A stretch of DNA of 64,000 bases from Lobosporangium transversale (lineage: Eukaryota). The stretch covers positions 124,001-188,000 of the forward strand of contig NW_019028979.1 in the NCBI RefSeq assembly GCF_002105155.1. The letters run 5' to 3'. Shown piece by piece: positions 26,985 through 38,344 of this stretch. Both the position numbers and the translations under genes were made by a program. Under the pieces are notes generated by a model. The model was given only the letters and a program-made list of their open reading frames with translations, was not told where the DNA came from and made no database searches. Every line of letters starts with the position of its first letter. Position 1 is the stretch's first letter.

Positions 26985-28433
26985 CCTTGGTTCGTTAGTG
27001 CACGTTGCAACGATGTATTCTATAAATTCTACTTCAACATTGTTGTGATGAGAATAACATGCGGATGGATACTCAACAGTGTACAAAGTGTTAATTGATC
27101 TCCCTATGATTAGACTGAGTCAAAAACAACTCTTCTACATTTTGATCATGGTCATATCCTGTATCAGGTAATAAGAATGATCATCAAATCTATTCTCAGC
27201 ACCAATCTCAATAGCGATGAGCTGAGCCAAAGCTCGAGGGGTCTACGAGGGGGTGTGAACGATTGAGATGACCTTGTTCTTCTTTGATGTAGCGTTGCTA
27301 CTGGAGAGCATGAAGAAAGTCATGCTCAAAGGCGTTTTTCATAGGCTACTGTAGTTGCGGATTCGTTGTATTGATCAGGTTTACAGAGATGAAAGCGTAA
27401 TGCCCTGAAAAAGGCAACTTTTTGTGCTCATGAAGACTAATATGATACTTTAAGCATGTGGCTGAATCTTTTGTTTTGGCCTTGTAGACTTCAAGCTTCA
27501 GACTGTAAAAAATGAAACTCTCTGAAGCTGCCTCTAACTTGCTAGGTTACTTGATGTCAGCATAATCATGCAAAGATTTTTCATTCTCTATTTCCCTCTG
27601 AATATGTCAAGCCATATTTGTGGATAGCATATTTGTGGATGAGACAAGGAAATAAAAGAAACTCTTTTCAGGGGCGGAGATTCTCTTGCCTGTCTTGTCT
27701 TAGATTGTACATGTACACGGCCTTGGAGAAATAAAGCGGAAAACCACCAGTGTATTCTCTCGACTATGATATCAGGAATATCACATTCATGAATCTGTGT
27801 CCTTGTCGCAAATAGGAATGCTTGTGAAGTAAAAGAGACCTCGTTGAAATCGCACAGACCAGTCGAGCCATCCACACAAATGACGTGGTCCACACATCCA
27901 CTCCTCACTTTTTGTGGTGATCGTTTGGAAAGATAGAAGAAATGAACGATAGCTCTAACGCTTTCTCTTTTTACTTCAATCAAATGAAGTGTGGCATGGA
28001 GATACTTTGTGTTTGCGATAAAAGGACGATCCATCATTGCTGAGCAAACCTGCTCCTTCCCGTGTAACGCCACCAATACCAATCTCATATCTCAACTCAG
28101 CTCTTTTTCTGCTCACACGGGAAAAAATTGTCGAACTCCTCCCCCAAATATGAACAGCAATCTTATGGCATAGTGCGTTGGTTCCTTTTATTTTTCACAT
28201 CCCATTCCTATTTACTTACTCTATCCTTTTCCTTTTTCTTTTTGGCAACTACAACCTCCTCTTTTCTCATCACTCATTCTCTCTCGTTGAAATGCATGGC
28301 GAGAAATCGTCGCGCGCATTAATTCCAAATCCCAATGTGGGTAGGTATCATCTATCCCGCAGTCTCTGACCCTGTCTCATAAAGCAAAACATAATTAACA
28401 ACAGACACTTCTCTATTTTCACTGAATCTATAG

Positions 28434-30416
28434 ATGAGTTCCTTCGTCAAGAAGGGATGACAGAGGATGAATACAAACGAATTTATGACCTTCGATACTG
28501 CACTATTCTAGTACCTTTCGACGAAAGTGATGAAGAAAACTTGGGACAGGATCGCAAAAGTGTTACTTCCAAGGATAATTCTCACGAAACACCCAATAAC
28601 GATTCAGTACCATGGACGCCCCCCAGGCGTCGTGGAGACAAGCAGCCAGGGACGCCAACGTCTGCTCAATCACAGAAACCAGAAGTCTTCCCAGTGCTTA
28701 CAACAAGGTACAGTAACTATTTGGGGAACCTTACATCACGTTTTTTGTTGCCACTTTATGCCGGGCTCAATACTGACCATGATTTACGGCGCAATTTCAT
28801 GAATCCACTTATCCAAACGGTTGAATAGTCATGGTGGCAATCATACGCCAATTCGTCCAATTGGTCTTTTGACTCCAACGGAGAACCGTCAAAAATCACC
28901 CTTACAAAATATTTCTGACACATCACAGGTTTTAAATAATGACGAAGATCAGGAAGAGGATTTTAATGAATCAAATAAGGGTGTTCTCACAACCAGTGAT
29001 CCCCTATCAAGTTACCTCACCACAGCACGGCATAATGGACTTCATTTGACTGACATTGCGTGCGGAAGATCTGCTGCGCTGACCACCGCTTCTATAGAGG
29101 ATGGGGGCGAGGGGATTGCTGACTCTGAGATGTTCCATGATGCCCTTGAACTGTATGATGAGAACGAAGAAGTATCTTTTTCGGAACATCAGGACAGACA
29201 TGGTGGTCCATCAAAAGCAGGAATCAAGAGGAGGCGCTGGGAACTAGAATCATCACCGAAACTTCTGCAGCAGAGACAGCCTAGTACAACGAAGCGCGTA
29301 GCACTTGCCATTTCGTCTTCAATTGACACTACATCAACCACATTCACTCCAACCACGCTTTTAAAACCAAGGTCGTTTACACCAACTTTAATTCCTCCTT
29401 TGCTGCAAAGACGTGGTTCAAACGCCTCAGATGCTTCTTCTGCATCTGGCGTAGGTCATACTCAAGGATCCCTTTGGACGACCCAAGACTGGAAAGCTCT
29501 TGAGGAAGTTTATAACGATATGAATGCCAGCTCTATGGTAGAAGCAGATCTCGGTCAAGTTGCTGACCGATTTTTGGCCGAACAAGAATCTAAAACGGGC
29601 GAAACTCCATCTTGGTCAAGGTAAATCCTTTAGGTCTGCATAATGTCGCCTTTTTTTTTTTTTTTTTTTTTTAATAAAAAAAAAAAAAAAAAAAAAATTC
29701 AAGGATTTATTACTGAGTCTTATAATCCGCCTATCCATTCTTTTAGAGAGAAAGTACTTTTTCGCTGTGTCGCCCTTCACAGAGTGCGCAACAATACTCA
29801 TAAGAAGCCAAATCATAATGTAGGTGTAATATTCCTTTCTCTCTCTCTTTTTCATCTTGTTAATGTCCGTGTCTAAATAAGACTTTGTTCAAAAATCTAG
29901 CTATTTGATTGGGAACCGACGCCTTTTTCTCACACACGTGGCGCTAATCGTCGGTTAGTACAGCCATATCCTTTGCGGCGGACACAAAGATCTGAAACAC
30001 CGCAGCGTGGAGCAGACGGTGCCTCATCAAGTGCCATTTCCGATTTTCTGAGCCATCAACGCGCTGATCGAAGCAATAGACATAGAGCGGAAGAGCAGGG
30101 GTACCAGCTCAAGTCTGTATTCAAGCATCGATTGGCCTCGGGGTTGCGGACTGTCGGTCAGCTTATTCCTTTTTGGAAAGATGTAGAGCAAGGTAACGTT
30201 GACATCAAGGAAAAGGTCAAGGTACCACTGGTCCCTGTAGGCAAGGCTCTGGCGGTTATTGAGACATTTGAGAGCAAGAAGCAGACATCTGAAGCGACAC
30301 AACCATACTCGCGACCTGGATCGGCCATGTCTCACCGCTCCGACTCCACATGTGAGAGTGTCGCAGGGATGTTAGCGAGAGGTCATTCTGAACGTTCTCA
30401 CTCAGCTTCGAAGTAG
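28434..30416 (+). CDS. Hypothetical protein, mostly low-complexity, with a short helical Trp-spaced domain; start unresolved
   Basis: ORFs 28457-, 28821- and 29973- join in frame through GT-AG introns (~28708-28828, 29621-29746, 29820-29900). Motif WTTQDWKALEEVY...VADRF...WSREKVLFRCVALHRVR. Confidence 0.6.
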
Positions 30417-30690
30417 TCGTGACATTCAGGATAGCAAGGCAATTTTGTTATGAATTTTGGACCCCATTGGTCAACCTTTTTTGTCAATTAATGTTTACAT
30501 TTGTATCAGTAGATTTTTTTTTTTTTTTTTTTTTTATTTGCAGTTCTGTCACCATCCCCCGTCCATAGGAAGCAATAAAATATCCATGACTATTACTGGA
30601 TCCCCAAAACAGAGGTTCCTGGAGTGACTTGTATTTTACAATTTTTTTTTTTTTTTTTTTTTTCTCTCTCTCGTAAACTCATTGTCCATC

Positions 30691-30882
30691 ATGGAGCACA
30701 TCAACAAGATCTTCCAAGAAGAAGGGTACCCCATTGTCGTCGAATATAGCTCAACCTTTGGGAATCACGCCAAGGCATCACGAAACATTCCTCAGGGTGA
30801 GGGCCTCTTGCGAGTAATTTTTTATTTTTAAAGTTACCAACAGTTAACAACAGCAATGATAACAATAGTGACCTTTAATAAC

Positions 30883-30915
<33 letters not shown>

Positions 30916-32486
30916 CCACTAGGCAATACCATATGCAGCAGAAGTTTTTGACAACTATAGGAAACGGATGTGTCACGTCTGTCTCCTATATCATAATCGA
31001 AAATCATTCACGTTCCGATGTCAGGAATGTGATCAAGTATACTATTGTTCTGAAGCCTGTAAAGCCGTCGCGATGGATTCTCGAGGAGGAGCGCATGGCA
31101 AGGTCTGCAAGACCCTTCGAAAATTAGCCACATGGAACTCTGATCGGCATACAAAGAGTATCATTAAGCTATTACTCCAAGTACTCATGAATCATTGGAG
31201 AGAGCGACAAGGCATTCCAACAGCATACCAGAGTCGAATGACGTATCAAGTGATCAAAGACAAACGTAGAAAGGACGAAAATAAGGCCCAAGTTAATATT
31301 AATGATTGTAGTAGTCAAACTGAGGTCAGTAAGGCGATAGATCGCGAAGCTGCGGGAGATAATCTGACAGAAAGGCTAGAGATTTCATTACATGTTAAGG
31401 AATCCGATGACCCTGCAAATGGAGAAACCCAGAGCCCGTCATCATCATCAGTACCACCATCGCCTCTACAAGTATTGCAGGGAAAACTCTCGGGAGCAGA
31501 GGCTGATCTCACAGACACTGCAGTTCATCAGACTGAAGCTGCGATAGATATTAAACTAAAGCCTAAGCATGAGTTTGAAGAACCTGAGATTATTGACGAT
31601 CGTCAACGAATTCAAGAACCTATCGAGAACGACTTTTTTGATTTCTTGCGATTGCAATCACACTTTGAAGACTGGGATGAAGAAGACACTAAAGATTGGA
31701 ACAAACAGTCGCAGACTGTGCTCTCGTTGTTGGAGATGGCGGGTCTGACAGAGATAGCGACCGAGCGTGGAAACAATACCGAGCTGAGGACCTTGACATC
31801 TCAAGACATCAAGCGGTTGATCAGCGCGTTGGAGAGTAATGCATTCGGAATGTTTGATCGATCCAAAAAGAAACCTATTTGCTTTGGTCGAGGTAAAACT
31901 TTACATGTATATATCTTTTTCTAGAAAAAAAAAAAAAAAAAAAAAAAAAAGAAAAAAAAAAGAGAAAATTACTTTATATGAATACGATGCTAATATAATG
32001 AATGACCTTTCCTTTCCAAATGACATGATTGAAACTATTTTAGCAATTTATCCTGTTGCGTCGTTTTTCAATCATTCCTGTGAGTGTAATTCAACTGCTG
32101 TCCAAGCTGACGGAACCCTAGACGAGTTGGACGGACATGACGTTATAGATTACTTAGAGTTCGAAAAGAACGACAATAGTGACAATGACAACATAGGCGA
32201 AGTTAGAGACCAGGAAACAAACGATACCACATCCACATCCACATCCACATCCATACCCACCTCTAGATCAATAACGTCGACAGTAGAAGAGCAAGAAAGG
32301 GGCGTTCAAGTACAGGAACAGGAGCAAGAACAGGAGCAAGAACAGGAGCAAGAACTTGACCAAGATAACAGTGGTTCTGAGCCAGATCTAGAAACAGTAA
32401 TGCAGCAGCCCGAGACCGACTCATATGACTCCAGAGTTGGTGAGTTTAGAATGATGACTTTTTTTGCCATCAAGGACATTCTCAAA

Positions 32487-32520
<34 letters not shown>

Positions 32521-32811
32521 AACCAACTTCTGTACAGAAACATCAATAATGCATTATTCTTTTTTCTAACATTTCTATATGATCTAAAAGATCAAGATAT
32601 CACAATCTCATACATTGACACAGAGATGCCTCTACATGCCCGTCGCCTTGCTCTCTTGACTGACTATCACTTCCATTGCTGCTGCAAGCGTTGTCTAAGA
32701 GAGGAGATGATAGGGTCGTCATCAAAACAGAGTCACAAAACCAAAGGTGGAACCAAGAAAGGAGCAGGAGGCAGAAAAGGAGAAAAGGCAAGAAAAAAGA
32801 AGTCAAAATAG
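30691..32811 (+). CDS. SET-MYND (SMYD/Set6-like) lysine methyltransferase
   Basis: Exons 30691-30813, 30923-31892, 32044-32487, 32591-32811. Motifs FGNHAKASRNIPQGE, MYND CHVC...CQEC..YYCSEAC...H..VC, ESNAFG, IYPVASFFNHSC, ITISYID and post-SET YHFHCCCKRC. Confidence 0.9.
32313..32353 (+). repeat. Coding tandem repeat (CAGGAGCAAGAA)n encoding poly-QE in the SET-domain insert
   Basis: Read directly as QEQEQEQEQEQEQE. Confidence 0.85.
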
Positions 32812-32847
32812 ACTTAAATCATTGATCATCATTAAAACACATCTTTA

Positions 32848-32886
<39 letters not shown>

Positions 32887-33143
32887 GCCAATATTATTTA
32901 TTTGCGTTACTAGGTATTGCTTCTTTGTAACTGACACTGATAAAAAAAAATAAAGTAAAAAATACCGATAAACTGAAGAATAAAAAATCAGAAACAACAT
33001 AACGCACATTGATGGTTCTGGCTTTTCAGACCAAGTTGAACAAGGCAAAGAAGGACATGTCATTGGGGACAAAAAATGTTCTGCAGCACATTGTAATGGT
33101 GTAAAGTGCTGATAAAGCCAGGTCAATAAGAAAAAGCCAGTCC

Positions 33144-34721
33144 TTACTCATCCTCCTCCTCGCTGTCTTCCTCGCTCTCTGCTTCGGCCAACCAGCGAAG
33201 GAAAGGCTCGACGCGAGTACGGACATCCTTGGCCTCTTCGCGAGAGACATATTTCTTAGTAGGCTTCTCACCCCACTTAAGAATGACATCCTCTTCCAAG
33301 ATGTCATTATCATAGAACGCCTTCAAGATCAAAGGAGCCTTTAGCATCAATGTCTTGGAAGTGACCAACACACGCTCCATGCCTCCAAGAAGTGCCTTTT
33401 GGTTCTTTTCGTTCACAACAAACTAGAATTCAGGTAAATATGGGCACAAGATGTCAATTACATTGCAGATATATATGAAAGGAAAAATAATATTCATATG
33501 CATTGCATCTTAAAATACCTTGCGCAAAAGTGAGCTGCGGGTCTTGATCTCACGAGCCATGTCATCCGTGAAGATGCATTGAACCAAAACAGTAACTGCG
33601 CGTGACTTGGCAACAATATTGAGTTCATTAGCCTTCTCCATGATTTCAGCATCAGTTGCTTTGGGATTCTCCTCTAAATAGATTCCAAAGAGTTCGTAGG
33701 GGTTTTCACCATCCTCCTCTTCATCATCATCGTCCAATGTCAACTGAGTCTTAACATTGCCTTCCAACTCTTTCATGCGGGCAGCGGTACCTTCAGCAGA
33801 GGTGTCAACAGACCAATCGTCACCCAAAGCTGACTTGTAGTGGTCAGCATCAGGAATGGCAGCTGCCTCCTCCTTGATCTTCTTTGTGAAATCATCATCT
33901 TGATCCTCTTCCTCTTCCTCAGGAGGGGTCGAAGTGCCGTTCTTCTTGCTCTTCTTATCGGCCTTTTCACCCTTGCCCTTCTTTCCATATGCACTGTTGA
34001 CAGGTGGATTCTTAACGATGTACGTTGCAAGCTTATGAACGTTCTCGCCCTTGTTGCGACGTCCACAGGCGTTGCAATACATCATAATGGTGCTAGTCTT
34101 GTCCACAATAATATCAGTTTCAGGGTTGCCGCACGAGGGGCAAAGAACGAACTTTTGAATGAAACCATTCAACAGCTGTTGCAACTTGGCGGCGTCGTGA
34201 GCGCCGTTAACAATGTAACGATCGGTCTTCTCATCACACTTCACCTGCGCACCAAGCTCGCAACCAAAATACTTTGTAGGATCTATTGCAGAATATGCCG
34301 CCGCCATAAAAGGAATAAATATGTTAACATACTGTCGTACGTAATATTACTGCGCGAAGTAAGATAACAAAAAAAAAAAAAAAAAAAAAAAAAGTACATG
34401 TGCTTGGGCGGCTCAAGGCACGGGCAATGTCAGACATGTTGGGAATCACAGTCTTGATTCCATTTCCTTTGCCCTCGATCTGTGTAAATGCATTTAAAAA
34501 AAAGAGTTAGCAGAGCAGTTATTAGTAAATGCCCTTTTTGTAAAAAACTTGGTACTACAAGAAAAGCATGATCTAATGCGTTAACTTTTTTTTTTTTTTT
34601 TTTTTTCTTTCTTTCTTTTCTTTCTTTCTTTCATCCTTTCTTTTACCTTTGAGATAAGCTTGGGCATCTTGTAGCGGTAGAAAGCATCATCGCTCTGACC
34701 TCCGATATTCAGATTAGCCAT
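33144..34721 (-). CDS. TIF5: Translation initiation factor eIF5
   Basis: [40 protein letters not shown]...[17 protein letters not shown], Zn-ribbon CPSCGNPET...CNACG, and C-terminal W2 domain [13 protein letters not shown]. Confidence 0.96.
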
Positions 34722-34739
34722 GTTGAATAGTGTAGTAAT

Positions 34740-34817
34740 TCAAGAAAAGACAAGTAGATGAGAAGTAGGTGTTTGAAATATGTGCGGAGGATCCAACGTT
34801 TTTGAAAAACAAGGCAT
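34740..34817 (-). promoter_or_regulatory. Upstream ORF (25 aa) in the eIF5 5' leader, AUG in poor context
   Basis: Context cuu-AUG-c; peptide MPCFSKTLDPPHIFQTPTSHLLVFS*; stops 18 nt before the main aac-AUG-g start. Confidence 0.6.
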
Positions 34818-36350
34818 AAGAATGCTTGGGAGCGGGTACAAGAGAGCGAGAGAGTAATAGAGTCTATAAAGACAAGTGTTCGCTTGGACGGGTTGATGAG
34901 GATTGTGTGTGCGAGTGAATGTGAATGCAAAACGAAGAAAGAAAAAAAAAAAAAAAAAAATCGTCAACAGTCAATACAGCTGTAAAACGAAAACATCACG
35001 TTCATTTTTTTACTGTGGCTTGATCCACATGACTAGGAGTGTTTCTCTTGGCAACTCATTTAGTCACCATTTGGAGTGAAAAGGATAGTTTGCCACACAA
35101 TCTTGGAGGAAATAACTTGACCGCCAGAACGACACATCAATCTTAAGTAGGGCCTATTAGATCATAGTTGGTTGAGCAAGAAATATACACATGCATGTTT
35201 ATGCAATTTCAAAATAATTAATACGCTGTAAAATCTCTCCTTGGTTTTAAGGTCCAAGTGCGATCAGTTGCCGAGAAGTCGGACTCCATACTCCATCGCA
35301 TCTTGACAAAAGAATACATGTCAGACATTAAAAAAAATAGAGAGAAGAGAAAAGCATCGACACCGTAAAACACTCGAATGGCACACGAGATCGAAATCGT
35401 AACAATAGTTGACATTTGCTCTTTGTATCCGATATTTCTGAACATTTAGCCTATTCCGCTTTCTGAAGCTGATTTAGACAACCGTAGTCGACTCTGTCCC
35501 TGCAAGGTTTTGATGACAGTGATTATCCTCCTATGTTGAAGACTATTAGGCTCTGTCTAGATATCATTGGCTCAGCATTCTCAAGGAGTATCTGTTCAAC
35601 TTTGCTGACGATCTCCTCCCCCTTTACAACTTACAAAAGTATAACATGGCTCCAGCAAGCCTGGTTCTTTTGAGCCATTCATCCACATCAATTCATCATT
35701 TGAGGCAAATAAAAGTATACATGTGCACTCTTTACCATTTAAGCAATCAAGGTGTGGCAGTGTAATTAAACTCACGCCGCACATTCGGTTTTTGCTCACC
35801 GTGCCTTTGGACGTGCACGTTAAAAAGTAGAGCTATTTTGACCACCTCCCCTTGTTTTATTTTTTGTTTTTTGATCCTAATGGGGACGTGGATTTGTGCA
35901 TTGCTGTAAGCAAAGCCAACAACCGAAAACTGAAGACACCAAACAACAGAAGAGATGATATTCTATGTGGATCACTCTAATCCATCAGTACCAACCCTCA
36001 AAGAGAAGGAGCCCACAAACAAATGTGCCAGAGTGTCTACTGTCGATGCTCGACTTATGATGATGAGTATTTATGAGCCGTCCGTGTGTGAACAGGGCTC
36101 TCCTCCCTTGTTGAACACACGAACTATTCTTTAAAATATCGGCGAAAACTTTTTTTTGATTCCTTTCATCTTTCCCCCTCTCTCGTCTTCTTTTCTCCCC
36201 TTTCAGATTTATTCCACCTGTCAAAAGATAATTCTTCTAACGGATAGATTGACAATACTAGCACCTTGATCTTCACACAGACACACTTATCCATTCAACT
36301 CACCTTTGTCTCTATCCTCACCTGAACTCGGAGAAAACAATAACTTCGAC

Positions 36351-37074
36351 ATGCGCTCCTTTATCATAACTGTATCACTAGTGGCTATGGCCACCCTCAC
36401 TCTATTAGCCCCCACCACCAATGCACAAGAGGACTACGTCCCCGCACAATCAAAATCCGGGGCTCCTGGAGGATTCGTTGATGCACTTGATTCTCTCAGA
36501 ACGCTTGCTGTGGGCCCATATCCCTCCCTCGCCACTTTAAACATCTCGCCTAATATCAGCTCCAATGGTTTAGACAAGCGTGGATATTACTGTGATCCCG
36601 GTTATGGCCTGTGCAGGTATTTTTTTTTATCAATTACCTGACATCCATTATAATTTTTATTTTACTGTTATCACAAAGAAACTTATAACATATTTGTTCT
36701 ACTACTTTAAAAAGTAATGAAAAATCCTGTTGTAAAGATAATGTTGAACTTTGCGCTCCTTCTGGTGGATGCTGCCCCAAGAACCTCAAGTGGGAGTGCG
36801 GCGGAAAATACTGTTGCCCTGTAAGTAGTTTTTCTGAAAGAAAGATCAATGCTTCAAAATTGTATTGGATTTACTTATTTATTTTTATTCATTTTATTAG
36901 TTCGACTCTTGCTTAGCGAATGGTCACTGCGGTTGCAATGATAATTTGTATAGATGCATAAATAGTTGCTGCAAATATGGATGCAAAGATGGTGGGGAGT
37001 GCATGTGCAACCCCAACTTCCCTGTTGATTGTGGCGGTAGGAAAACTCAACTTTTTTTAACGGAGGATAATACT

Positions 37075-37109
<35 letters not shown>

Positions 37110-37407
37110 TTATTTATTTCAAAACTAATCATTTAAATATTTTGCTTTTATAGGCGGCTCATGTTGTCCTGCTGGTTATGCCTGCATTGGTGGCGGTATG
37201 TGCATGAGAGAAAGTCGCACGGCTTCTGGATCAGTATCAAGCGCTGCCCCCACGTCGACTGGTAACAGCGGAGGTGGGCCAGCTCCAGGCAGTACAAAGA
37301 CTCCTAATAGTGATGGACAGAATTCTGCAGGAACTGCTTTATCTATGCACGTCTCTGCAATTATTTTCGCAGCCTGTGCAATTGCTGCTGTATCCTTTGC
37401 ATTTTAA
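36351..37407 (+). CDS. Secreted cysteine-rich, probably GPI-anchored protein (4 exons)
   Basis: Signal peptide MRSFIITVSLVAMATLTLLAPTTNA, Kex2-like LDKR, a Cys-rich domain over exons ~36351-36616, 36715-36821, 36901-37036 and 37153-37407, a Ser/Thr/Gly stalk, and a hydrophobic tail NSAGTALSMHVSAIIFAACAIAAVSFAF. Confidence 0.8.
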
Positions 37408-38344
37408 TTGACGCGCTACTCTCTCTTCCGCAAAGTACTTCGTAATAATAATAATAATAATAATAAAATCAAAGATGTAATCCATTTATTTCACTTGATA
37501 TAAGAAAAAGCTATTGCTATTGTAACTACCCCGCAAGGATGTTTAAAGTTCATGGCAAGGGAGGCATATAAGAGAGTCTATGATACTCCCTATATAAGGA
37601 CATTGTCTGTAAGAGCATACTATAAAAGAAAAGCACCTCTGAACCTTGAAACTTATCCTGCTTCAACATCTTTAACAATGCATTCCGTAAAATGGACTTG
37701 GTAGCGCGCCTTAAATAACCTAATGATATCAGCATTCACTAGTTGGGTTTTGGAGTCATGTTTAGTGGCAAGAAAAGAGCATGTTTATGAAAATATTATC
37801 GCTTTCCCATGTGCAATGCAGTTGTCAATGATGATAAGCACTCTCCTAATTAGCCATCGGTTTCACCCAGCCTTTGGTGTTCATACGGCTAGGGGTGCCA
37901 CCATTGAAGAGTTTGACATCTTTGAGGCATCGCGGGTTCTCATAGCTACTGATGATCCAAAGTGGCGACTTTTCGGACACAGCTCCGTTTGCGAGTGGAT
38001 TGCCCCCTGTTCCCTTTTCTCTTGTCGTAATCGGGTCTTCTCCTGCCATAATTGGGCATCAAATCGCTATTGCAATGTTGCAGAACCTAATTCCTCTATA
38101 AGAACAATGCTTTTTAGTCCCAAGGCTGCTTTTTTTTTTTTTTTTTTTTTAAATGCTCGCCCAGCGAGTTTTCTTTTATTTAGTTATTGAGATGAACTAC
38201 ATATTGGAAATAGCCATTTGCAAAGATGATTGATTTTAAAACTAAAAAATGAAGGACGCTCACAGCCATAGAGGAATTAGTTATTAAAGTTGAACAGGTT
38301 TTGTCAAAAAACTCTGCCGAATACTTTGATATACAAGGAGATGC

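Noticed and set aside
27588..28088. 166-aa minus-strand ORF
   Set aside because: No motifs, non-protein-like composition and no supporting splice structure.
28708..28828. Programmed frameshift between overlapping ORFs 28457-28828 and 28821-29624
   Set aside because: A canonical GT-AG intron joins them in frame.
33773..34367. Overlapping ORFs on eIF5 exons
   Set aside because: Explained by eIF5 codon bias.
36050..36125. SECIS element interpretation of the hairpin
   Set aside because: The upper stem is too short, there is no apical AA loop, and no in-frame UGA gene lies upstream on this strand.
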